From Craspedostauros australis (Eukaryota), in assembly GCA_030167865.1 (NCBI GenBank), contig JALAGF010000675.1, positions 1-32,927 on the forward strand: a stretch of DNA of 32,927 bases. The letters are read 5' to 3'. Below, one piece after another: positions 19,036 to 29,354 of the stretch. Numbering within the stretch: position 1 is the first letter of the stretch; each line of letters starts with the position of its first letter. Under the pieces are notes generated by a model, which ran no database searches, was not told where the DNA came from, and saw only the letters and a program-made list of their open reading frames with translations. The position numbers and the translations under genes were made by a program.

Positions 19036-21904
19036 ATGGGTTGTCGGCAACGCCAGGCGCGTGCGCTGACGTTGGCTGCGGTCGTTGCAACAGCTTGCTT
19101 TCTGGACAGCAGCACGATATCTTCGGCACAAGCAATACAGAATGTCGTCAACTTGGAGAGGAAGATAATACAGCCAGATGGAGTGGTGGAGGATAGCAAC
19201 GACACTCCGTATCGGCATCTGTCGAATATCGAACCATGCGAAGATAGTCCTGAGGCGCTGTACAGCGGAGAGATAGCGCTGAGTGTTCGCGGTCGCGCAT
19301 CCAAAATCACGGATGAAGAAGTGCGCATGCTGGAGGAACTTCTCACTACGTCGTACGACGACGTTGCCTCCCGATCATGCATGGGCGGCATGCGAAGAAT
19401 GACGCGCTTGGTGTTTGATCGCGATTCCATACCACAAGTCGACACCGTGCGGCAGTTTGTGATGACCATTGGAATCGAGCTATACTGCAAGGGATGCGAC
19501 GAACACGCCGAGCTGCTACAAGCGGAGCATGGCGACTACAGAGCTTCTGGGCGAGCTCTTTCGAGCCAGGCTCAGACTGCGGTGCAGCAAAAACAGACAC
19601 AAGCGAGGAGGCAAACCGACCGGAGGATGAACAGAGGCGCAACGAGGCAGAATTCATCACGACAACGACCTCTGTGGGGACGACAGAGGGACGAGAACGG
19701 AGTTCGGGACCCGCCTGCTCAGCTGGATTGCAGCTGTCAGGCTCCTCGACTTTCCGTGTTCGAGACAGCAGCGAAGAAGCTGTTTCAGGACTATCGATCG
19801 AAGTCTTACATCAAGAGCATCTACTTCGTCGACACGATTGCTGAGGCAACCAAGGCAGACATAGGGGCAGAGTCAGAATCGTTGCCATCATCGGCGGCGA
19901 ATACGTTGCCAACATTATCATCGACATCCACGTTGACGATGCTCGATGGAAGTGCAATCGAAAGCAAAGCGTTGCTGTCGTCGGGCTTGTCCACGAGGGC
20001 GAACCTCATCGAGTTCCCCGTGCCAGGCGGTGGCATCAATGCACCGACCGATGCCCCTGCCATCAGCATGAGACGATCTCGTCCATCGGCTGCTTTCTCG
20101 TCACCCGACGATGGCAGAACCCGCGCACCAAATCCTTTCTCATCACCAGACGATCGACCAACGAGGTTGCCCTCTCGATTGCCAACACCTGAACAATCGA
20201 ACAATCCAACCAATACTGCCACTGACATACCGACTCTGCAACCGACAGAGTCACCAACGGTGTTGGATAGCGCAACGCCGACAACATCGCCAACTACCCT
20301 GCCAACCATCCAGCCTACTGAGCAGCCTTCGGTGACCCCCACGCTGAGTTCCATACCGACAGAAACGAACGCCACGGAAACCCCGACGCAGGCACCATCG
20401 GCCGCGCCAACTACGGCGCCTTCGATCGTGCCATCGGTGACACCGACGTCCACACCAACTACGGGACCCACTGCCGCACCATCGGCAATGCCGACATCCG
20501 TGCCAACGGGGGCACCGTCGATGGTACCGACACCTGACGTGAGCCAATCGCCAACAGGGACACCAACAATGCCTCCAACAAACAGCGAGTTGCCTACCGC
20601 GAGCGATGCCACGGAAATGCCGACTGAAGCACCGACGCGAAGCTTTGCGCCCACCACAGCGCCGTCGCAGGCCCCATCGAACACTGTCAGCCCGACAACG
20701 TCCGAACCCACGTTGGCTCCATCGTCCTCTCCGTCCGTAAGTACCTTGCCAACCATGAGAGAAGCGACAGAATCGCCGACGATCACGCCAACCTCAACCC
20801 GGAATCCAACGATTCAGCCGACTCCGGTACCGTCGGCCAGTTTGCGGCCATCCGATGCGACGGCGTCTCCCACCCAGAGCCCATCGTCGCTGCCATCCGC
20901 AGTCACGCTCTCACCAACGAATTCATTTTCCCCGACACAGAATCCAACCCCCCTAGCGTCAGCAGCACCCACGTTGGCTCCAGTCACGTCGTCACCGACG
21001 GCTTCCCCCACGCTGGCCCCTGTCACGCTGGAACCCACTCTTAGCCCCACATTGGCTCCGACCACACCGCCACCCACGTTTGTTCCGACGGTGTCGCCAA
21101 CGAGCAACCCGACGGAAGGACCCACTTTGTTGCCATCCAGCTTTCCGACGGACACCTGCTCCGTGGCTGAGGGCGACGATTGCTGCGTCTCTGCCGATTG
21201 TCCTTCAAATGAGCAAGTCTGCTTCTTACGGCGATGCATCAATCAAGGCCGATTCCGGTTCACATTGTCATGGACCGGTGATGATGACTTGGTAAGTGAT
21301 TGGTTGGTTGGTTGGTTCTGGTTGCATCTGATCTTGTCCATACGTGCTTGTGCTGTTGCGTCATGTTTGGTCGGCCGATACAAGCAGCATATCTGTGCTG
21401 TTCTGTAAATTGATGGTATTCTTATGCATCATCCATACTCGTCACAACTGGATTGATGGCTAACACGCCCTTTGCCGTTGCTGTTGTCGTTACCGTTGCT
21501 ATTGTACCTATTCACGCTTCACGGTATCGCACTCTATGGCACCACGCCCTGCTGTACCACGCCACCCATAAAATTGATTCTACGATGATCTCTGCAAACC
21601 ACAGGACCTCTACGTCCAACCACCGGTCGGCAACTTGATCTTCTTCGGAGCACCGGACGATGCAGTGTCCGGCGGTATGTTGGAATCGGTGCCCGACCAA
21701 ACCGCCGAACGCGACACCTACATCCAGAACACGTACTTCCCGGAAGACTCGCCGATGGGGACGTTCTTCTTCTTCGTGGCGCCTTTCCAGATTCGTGGCG
21801 AAGAAGATCAGTGGACCCTCACCGTGACCTTGGATGACACGGAGATACTTGTAACGCAGGGCACGGGGCTGTCCGACACCTTCCAGTTCGTCTTCTTCGG
21901 TTAA
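19036..21904 (+). CDS. Secreted mucin-like PT-repeat protein with N-terminal Cys domain and C-terminal YfaP/DUF2135-like domain, 2 exons
   Basis: Exons 19036-21291 and 21605-21904; phase-0 intron gtaagt...acag. Hydrophobic N-terminus, a CxxC-containing domain, about 330 aa of PT/PS repeats and a Cys knot. Splicing reconstitutes FRFTLSWTGDDDL|DLYVQPPVGNLIFFG...GGML. Confidence 0.85.
20161..21150 (+). repeat. Degenerate coding tandem repeat (P-T/S-x-x, mostly 4-aa period)
   Basis: Runs such as PTESPT, PTQAPSAAPTTAPS and PTLAPVT throughout. Confidence 0.85.
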
Positions 21905-22554
21905 GTGGGGAGATCGTGCGAGCAGGTGCACGTCTCTTCAGAGGGAAACAGAGACAGACTGACAGAGTGAGGCCTGGGGTTGATGACATTTGCGTTATGT
22001 GGTGCATGACACTATACCCAAGAGTACGGGGAGGAATGAAATCAGTCGGCCATTTACTGGTCTGTAAACACGAAGCACGAAGCTGCGCCATACCAACATG
22101 TCATCATACTGTTCTTGTACAGTACAGTAAAATAAAATACAATACGATAGGGGAAACAAATGTTAACATACGCAATAGGATAGAGAGACAGAGAGAGAAA
22201 GTCTCTATTGTATCGTACTTCTTCACGCGATGGGGTATGAGAACGACGAGTACTCGTGCACCACACTAACAGCGCGTTCAGCCGACGATGCGGAACCCGC
22301 CAAGGATGTAGACGTTCGAGATGATATGTATTGATAGCCCAGAACATGGTCTCGTTTGCGTATTGTGATAGTACTTCATCTGTCTTCAACACTGACCGTC
22401 AGGCAAGGGACAGACTCTGATAGGGTGCGCCCAAAGCACCTCCATACACGTCCAACCACAATGGTGGCCAAACAATCTCAAATGATGAAAGGGGCTACTA
22501 TTCGTGACGTGTTACAGTATAGTTTTGATTTGTTTAATTGCCAGCTCTGCTAGT

Positions 22555-23703
22555 TTAGTCGAGCATGAAGCCATCCTCGCAGACAGATCCTTGCTTCGAG
22601 ACCTCGGCGTAGAAGGCCTTTCCTTGCTTCTTGTAGGCCTTCTTGGCAGTTCGTGCAGCGCGCTTCTTCTTGAGCAGAGCATCCTTGTTGGCGGCACGCG
22701 AGGCTTCCGCTCTCTGGGCGACACGTCTCTTCTCGGCGGCGTATGCGTCGAGCTTCTCGAGGGCGGTGATGTTGGAAAGTGGGTTGGCCTTTGGAGCGTA
22801 TGGCTTGGTGGTCTCCTTTGGTGCGTTGAGGACGGACTGGATCTCATCGGAGTTGATGATACGGGCGAGGTCAGCGTTGGTCATTGGGGTGGCTGGGATG
22901 CGCTTGCCTTCGTCTCCGTAGATGGTGTCAAGGGCCTCGAGGGCGGCCTTGGACCAGACGCAGAAGCGACCCATGTGGCCACCTGGGGCGAGCTGGAGCA
23001 GGTTGAGGCGGTCGACGCAGCAGAGCTCGACACCTGGCAGGTTGCGGAATGCCTGCTCGACACCGTCGTTGTTCTTGTAGATGACGAGCGGTCCGCGGCG
23101 CATGGTGTATCTGCGGTTACGCATCTTACCCTTACCGGCGCGGATCTGCTTGGAGGCACCTGCCTTCTCGACATCATCGAGGGCGCCGACGGAGGCCAGG
23201 ATGTCCTTGGCGACGGAAGTCTTGGAGGTGGACTCGACTCCGTTGTCGACGACGAGCGGGACCTCCGGAACCTCATCGATCACATGACCGCGGGCCATGA
23301 CGAGCGCTGGGACGGCACTGGCGGCGAGGGCGGAAGCGACGGCGTAGCGCTTCTGGGTGGTGTTGGTCTTCTTGTGCCACTTCCTCCAGGTCTTGGTTGG
23401 CGCGAACATGCGTCCTCCACGGCACATGTTACCGAACGCACCCTGTCCGGATCGGGAGGTACCTCCTCCACCGACACGTGGGATACGGGCGACGGCACGT
23501 CCAGTTCCCCACGAGGAGGCTGACACCTGCTTTCCAGCGCGGATGGAGACGGCGTACGCCTGGCGGTGGTTCTTGTTCATGTTGGTGTGAACGAACTGCA
23601 CGATGTCGGAACGAAGCGGGGCAGTCATGACGGCTGGGAGGGTGGTCTCTCCAGCCTTGTCTCCCGAAAGGGAGAAGACGCTGACAAGGGGACGGGCGGC
23701 CAT
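22555..23703 (-). CDS. RPL4: 60S ribosomal protein L4 (uL4)
   Basis: 382 aa from ATG 23703: MAARPLVSV...[45 protein letters not shown]...[15 protein letters not shown]. Strong C/G-ending codon bias. Confidence 0.98.
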   Translation of the reverse strand: MAARPLVSVFSLSGDKAGETTLPAVMTAPLRSDIVQFVHTNMNKNHRQAYAVSIRAGKQVSASSWGTGRAVARIPRVGGGGTSRSGQGAFGNMCRGGRMFAPTKTWRKWHKKTNTTQKRYAVASALAASAVPALVMARGHVIDEVPEVPLVVDNGVESTSKTSVAKDILASVGALDDVEKAGASKQIRAGKGKMRNRRYTMRRGPLVIYKNNDGVEQAFRNLPGVELCCVDRLNLLQLAPGGHMGRFCVWSKAALEALDTIYGDEGKRIPATPMTNADLARIINSDEIQSVLNAPKETTKPYAPKANPLSNITALEKLDAYAAEKRRVAQRAEASRAANKDALLKKKRAARTAKKAYKKQGKAFYAEVSKQGSVCEDGFMLD

Positions 23704-24295
23704 GGTGGAAGTTGGATTTGGGTGTTGCTGTTGCTGTTGTTGGCGGTAGCGGTGGTGTTGTTGGTGGGGGCCGGATGAGGGTGGCTTTGATGTTGCTGCA
23801 GCTGTTGCTGTTGCGGTTGCGGTCGAGGTTGCGTTTGGTGGTGCCGAGGTCGGCGTCGGTTGGCGCGACGCTTCGTGTTGGATGGTGGTGGTACGCACTG
23901 TTTTTCACGTGTTGGATGGATCAGCGTTGCTGATGTCCAAAGTTTCCGCCCAGTTACCGCCTTACTACTTTGTCACGCACAAACTGGGCGTTGATTGCCT
24001 TGATTTAGTCCATCGTGTCGATTACTGACTGAAACGATTACAATGCTTTTTCGTGGTTGTTCCAAAGTCTAGAATTTTGAGAATAGGGAAAGATGTTCGT
24101 TGAGAGCAGAGCGCAAAGACAGCAAAGTACTCTTTTCAGTTCTGGGTACATAGAGGTGCTAATTATCCTCACTTGGCTTGACTCTTGATCCCCACGTACC
24201 CACGAGGTTCCTTCTAGAGTCGGATGTGTACTTTGCATACATCCTTGTGCTGGACACAAAATAGGAGTATTTGTAGAGTGCGGATATAATCTCTC

Positions 24296-25495
24296 TTAAT
24301 TGCTCTTTTGGCCTCTGCTGACACCACCACCGTTAGATCTCCCCCTTCTGCCTCCGTTTCTGGTTGCATTTGCCCCACCGTTTCTGGAACGCCTGTCATC
24401 CTTACCTTCGCCTCTGCTGCCATTGTCGCGACCACCATTGCGAGGTGGTCTCCTCTTCCGCCTCGGCGTGTTAGAAGTGCCGTTCCTGCGTCCATTCCGC
24501 CGACTCCCTTCGTTGAATGCTTGCAGCTGGCGCGGCTCCCATCGCAGATGATGACTGATCTCCTCATCGTGGAGCATGCGCCACTGACCTTCCTGCAAGC
24601 CTCGCAGGGTGAGACCGCAACCAATATGGATACGCTTCAATTGCATCACGCCGCTGCCGATCGCGTGGAACATGCGTCGCACCTGCCGATTCTTGCCTTC
24701 GCTTATGGTGATGGAGACCATGGTGGTCTTGTGAGAAGGATGGGACAGGACTCGGAGATCATCGACGGGCCGCGTCATGCCACCGTACTTCGCTCCAATG
24801 TCCACGCCTTCCCACAGCGCAGCCAGTTTCCCAGATCGGGCATCGTCGTGATGTCCCATGATGAGGGCCTCGTAGGTTTTGTTGACGGCGCCTTGCGGCC
24901 CATCGTGGGTCGGGGCGTTGGGATTCGTGACATGGTGGATCAGGCCACCGTCGTTCGTCAGCAGGAGCAACCCGGTGGTGTCCGCGTCCAACCGGCCGAT
25001 GGAGTTCAGAGGCAGCCACATTCCGGTGAGCTTGACAAACGCGTCCGGCGATGCTTGCTTGGTATTTGGTGCGCCTGATTTCTGCTCGCGTCGCAACGTC
25101 GATGGCTGTCGTTTCGTGCCAGTTCTTGTTGCGTCATCAGCAACATTGTCACCAACAGCATCCTCTTGACCAACAGCTTCGTTATCAGTGGCATCGATGT
25201 TTGCAACAAAGCCGGCCAACGTGAAGATCTCTTCGTACACGGTTCTACGTTCTTCGCCTTGATCGTTGACGTATCCGTCAGGTCTGTGCGATGTCACGCA
25301 GTTGGGCGGTTTGTGGAAAATGATCACCTTGGTCGTCTCCTGAAGGCGGATCAAAGCGGCGGACCGCGCCTGTCTGTTCTGCTGTTGGCATGCCCCATCG
25401 TGCGTCGGCGAGAATGCATCGGCAGTCGGATGTGCAAAGAACAAATACGAGCACATCAGCAGGAGCCGGAGATCCATTCTGAAGGGTGCCATCAT
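24296..25495 (-). CDS. RsuA/RluE-family pseudouridine synthase, probably plastid-targeted
   Basis: Motifs IFHKPPNCVTS, IGRLDADTTGLLLLTNDG (catalytic Asp), KTYEA, EGKNRQVRRMF and LKRI. ATG at 25495, 25492 or 25477; signal peptide ending ADA-FSP; basic R/G-rich tail. Confidence 0.9.
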   Translation of the reverse strand: MMAPFRMDLRLLLMCSYLFFAHPTADAFSPTHDGACQQQNRQARSAALIRLQETTKVIIFHKPPNCVTSHRPDGYVNDQGEERRTVYEEIFTLAGFVANIDATDNEAVGQEDAVGDNVADDATRTGTKRQPSTLRREQKSGAPNTKQASPDAFVKLTGMWLPLNSIGRLDADTTGLLLLTNDGGLIHHVTNPNAPTHDGPQGAVNKTYEALIMGHHDDARSGKLAALWEGVDIGAKYGGMTRPVDDLRVLSHPSHKTTMVSITISEGKNRQVRRMFHAIGSGVMQLKRIHIGCGLTLRGLQEGQWRMLHDEEISHHLRWEPRQLQAFNEGSRRNGRRNGTSNTPRRKRRPPRNGGRDNGSRGEGKDDRRSRNGGANATRNGGRRGRSNGGGVSRGQKSN

Positions 25496-26478
25496 GGCAT
25501 CATTGGACAATCGTGACGTCGTTTGCGATGTGTCGGACGTCTGCGTGAGCAGTTGCGAAGGTATCACAGATGATGACTGTCAGGGATCTGGTTTGTTTGC
25601 GTTTGATTGGCTGTCTCGCTTATCGAGAAGCTGACGAGCCGACAAGCTGACGAGCGGACAATTGTGTGTGTTTGTGTGTGTACGACCTCCTCGTACGAGC
25701 TATCGTACCCAGAACAGAAAAAAAGCATTTTTCCCCCTCCGATCTCAGTTTCTGAATGTGGTCCTTGTGGCGTCTTGGAGGATTGTGTGCGTACCCGCAA
25801 CGAGCGCGCTCTTACCATACATGTAATGCTATTATCAGTTGTGGTTGGTATTGGTACTCTGCACTCACATTGGATTGATTTCTGCTGGCGGCAGTGACGC
25901 ACGAGTCCCTTGATTACGTACATCCAACAACAACACATGCTGGAAGGCTGAAGGAAGATGTCCAATTCGGGATCTCAACATCACTCGTACACCAGACACC
26001 CAGTTGCAGGGAGTTCACAGATAGACGATCGCTAATTGATTTTGAGTGGTGATGACTGTGTCCTCAGGGATGTGAACAGCAGCGGCTTGATAGACCAATC
26101 GCCCGTCGACTTCTTTTCCCGACACTTCATGAGACATACAGTCGATCGTGCATCAGTTCGATGTCCATGAATTGGAGCCTTGGATCGCTGTGCACTCATG
26201 AGGAGGTGGCATTCGCAATGAATTCTGTGCAGGTCAGATAGTTGGCAGGTTCCTGATACTTCGTTTGTTTGTTATCTTTCCTTTCCTTTCTTGTGAATGT
26301 CCGTTGTGATTTGAATACAGTAAGCACTGCGTGTTGTTCCGTGTTCCGAGACCGTCTTGATGCGTTTCCTTTTTCACTTCAGACAAAGCATGGATGGTCA
26401 ACACCAACGCCAACACCACTCTCAACGCAATCGTCGCTGCTGCCACACTGCGATTACAAGTATTGTACTCTCCGTATT

Positions 26479-28426
26479 TTACAAGAAGTAATCCGGTGTT
26501 CTTGGACTCTTGTGCCAGTTTTCGTCGCGCGGAGCTGGATCAAATTGGGAGCTGCACATTGCGATGAGCACAACAGTATGGGAAAGGAAAAGACGACACG
26601 TTTAGCCAACGCAGATGTAAACAAGAGAGTAAGTATGGTTGATGGAAGGGTGAGAATGATGTTGGAGCCATGATGTGTTGCAGTCAACACACACACCCCG
26701 CAGCAGACGATGCCGGCCTGTCTGCTTGTTTGAACACGCGCATGCGAGCAAAGCAGGGCAGAAGGGGCGACTTACAATTTGCAGTGATCGTGGATCGTCT
26801 CTCTTGTGCACTGATCGACGCTGTCATCGACCTCCATTATTGCCGCCTGGTTACCGCATCGGTAGCAGTAGTTGGGAGCGGAGAAGACAGTCACGACCTG
26901 CCTGTTGTGCTGCCATTGGTAACCCTCCATGACGAGCTGATGGGCTCTGGCGATGAAGTGCAATCCATTGATGTTGGTGAATTGTTCTGTGATGTCCTGC
27001 CCAAAGGTGTATCCAGCTCCGCGGGGGGAGATACCCCAACCGCATCTGCGCATCGGATGAGTGGTTGTGTACATGAATAGGGTGCATAAATAGGGTGCAT
27101 GGATAGGTGCGTGTGTGTGCGTGTTTGTACGGAGGTATACGTGCGGGAGGAATGACGAAAAATGAGAGGGGAGAATGCAACAGACAGATTGAAGGAGATG
27201 GTGAGCACAGGAGTTGGCAAGTGAAGCGCAGTTCTCAAGAAGGCATACGCAGAGCGTTGAACGAGTTGGCACAGAGATATGAGAAGAAAGATGCTTTGAT
27301 GGGTCGTGTTCAATTGTGTGAATTGTGGCGTACCTGTCATCGGGATCGGACCAAACGAGATCGCACATGGGTCCCTCGTGCGGCACCTCCTGGACACGGT
27401 CGAGGTCGCGGGCGTGATCGAGGGTGTCGATGGATGGGGAGAGGCCTCCGTGCAGGCAGAATATACGATCGGCAACGACGGCAGTCATTGGCAAGTAATC
27501 AAAGGTGTCCGTGAAGTGCTTCCAAACGTTGGCGTTTCCGTACTTTCGGAGGCATTCGTCGTAGAATCCGTACACCTGCGTGATCTGACGACTCTCGTGG
27601 TTGCCTCTCAGGATTGTGATGCGGTGTCGGTACCGCACTTTGAGCGCCACGAGCAACGTGACTGTCTCCAACGAGTAGTATCCTCGGTCGACGTAGTCAC
27701 CCATGAACAGATAGTTCGTCTCCGGACACGCACCCCCGATGCGGAAGAGTTCCGCCAGATCATAAAACTGCCCATGAATGTCTCCGCACACGGTCACTGG
27801 CGCTGCCACCTTCTGGACGTTGGACTCTTCCTGCAGGATCTCTTTGGCCTGTTGGAGGGTTGGATTGCCATGTGTTCATCGTTGTGTTGACAAGGCGGCG
27901 TCATCCACCGCGATTTGGGAAAGAGACATGAAACCAAGCCAAGGCAAATCGAAGACAAGAGACCAGAGCGGAGAATGGAGGCGAATGGGTGTCGGAAGCA
28001 AGGGATGGGGGTTAGCGGGGTGTCGTCTATCTGCGCTGTGATGTTGGCGGCCGCGGCAAACGGTACGGGCCAGACCTCTGATCTGCAGCTTCTTTCCAGC
28101 GAGAGTGCGCGACGCTTCCTCGTAACTTGCTGTACGTAGAGCAGAGGAGTCGAGTAATGGAGCTCGCCGTGATCCGCACCGTTTCCTAAACGATGGTAAA
28201 CGATGCCAAACGCAACGGAAGTAAAAGGACAGTGCAAAAACTCCTCCGCTTCCCGCGTCGTTTTGCGCCGGACACCATTGTCAGTGTGCAAACCTTGCGC
28301 AGTGTGGTCCACGAATCACCTTTGCTGCTTGCTCACCTTCTCGCACAGATCCCGCACTTCGTTCTCTGGGAGCGTGTCGCCCTTTCGCAGTCTCTCGATC
28401 TGCTCATCGAGCTTGGAGACCGTCAT
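26479..28426 (-). CDS. PP2A: Serine/threonine protein phosphatase 2A catalytic subunit, 4 exons
   Basis: Exons 28426-28337, 27848-27334, 27045-26776 and 26551-26479 total 948 nt (315 aa); all introns GT-AG. Motifs [29 protein letters not shown] and C-terminal TPDYFL. Confidence 0.96.
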
Positions 28427-29354
28427 GGTGGCTGCTCTGCTTTCCTTCGCCGTTTGGGTTGCGTATGATTTCTGCTCTTGGGCAAAGACTCTTCTTCAAT
28501 CGCCGCACCGTATCTTCTTGCTGTTAGAGTACTCTCTATAGTTTCACCTTTTCGTAGGTGCGTGAGATGCGACTGAATGCAGCGCTGTGTCTGTGGTTGC
28601 TTCGATCTCTTGGATGCACACTGTCTCACTCCTCAGCAAGAGGCAAGAGGCAGAGAGAGGAGAAGGACGAAGATAGCGAAGAGACACCCTTTCCCTTCCT
28701 GTGGTTTTCGGTACCGCGATCCTCGTCAAAGGGCAGATCAGCCACCACCGCGGCAAACGCAACCAAAGTTTCACTCGCGACGGCAACACACAAAAACCAC
28801 GCGGTGCCGCGCCTACATTTCATTGCGCACATTCCAGCGCGTACGCGTGCGCAGGCCATGGACAACGCGAGAGAATTTCGATTCAACGGAGGAGATGACG
28901 GAGAGCACGCAAGAACAAACGAACTGACGACGAGCGGGTTTGGACCAAGACACAAAAGGTCATTTTCGGCGTCATCCAATCCGTTGGGTCGATTCGCGAA
29001 CCGTCATTCTAATAATAACCTGGAATTTAGTCTAGAGAGAGAGAGAGCGATGGGAGATGAGTGTTCCCACCAACGCAATAGCGCCTGCAGTTCAGCGCAA
29101 CCACACACAAAACGTGACGATGCATGATGCGTAACATCTCCAACTATTGATGGATGACTAGAGTGCCATCCTATCTTTCAAGCATCTACCGTGAATAGAA
29201 TAGTCGTGGTACTCCCCGTGCCTGCATCGTTGTCTTCGTTGTTGTCACCGTGCGTGCGTACGTGCGTACATCCTGGTGCTCCTCGTAGTAGTATGCATGT
29301 TGTCATCTATCGAATTCGTACGAACTGCACTCCATGCGTGCTCAAACACTTGAC

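Noticed and set aside
19821-20786. 321-aa VG-rich minus-strand ORF
   Set aside because: Mirror translation of the PT repeats on the plus strand.
22481-22540. C-box-like ATGATGA downstream of RPL4 (possible C/D snoRNA)
   Set aside because: No proper CTGA D box or terminal stem at a suitable distance, and it is antisense to the RPL4 3' UTR.
22504-23523. 339-aa ORF antisense to RPL4
   Set aside because: Expected by-product of strong codon bias in a highly expressed gene.
24308-25078. 256-aa plus-strand ORF
   Set aside because: Antisense to the pseudouridine synthase with no motif support.
25900-26450. Minus-strand fragments with a hydrophobic start and coding-like patches (possible decayed secreted gene)
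   Set aside because: Multiple stops, no assignable family, and overlap with the PP2A 3' region. A tblastx search would be needed to support a pseudogene call.
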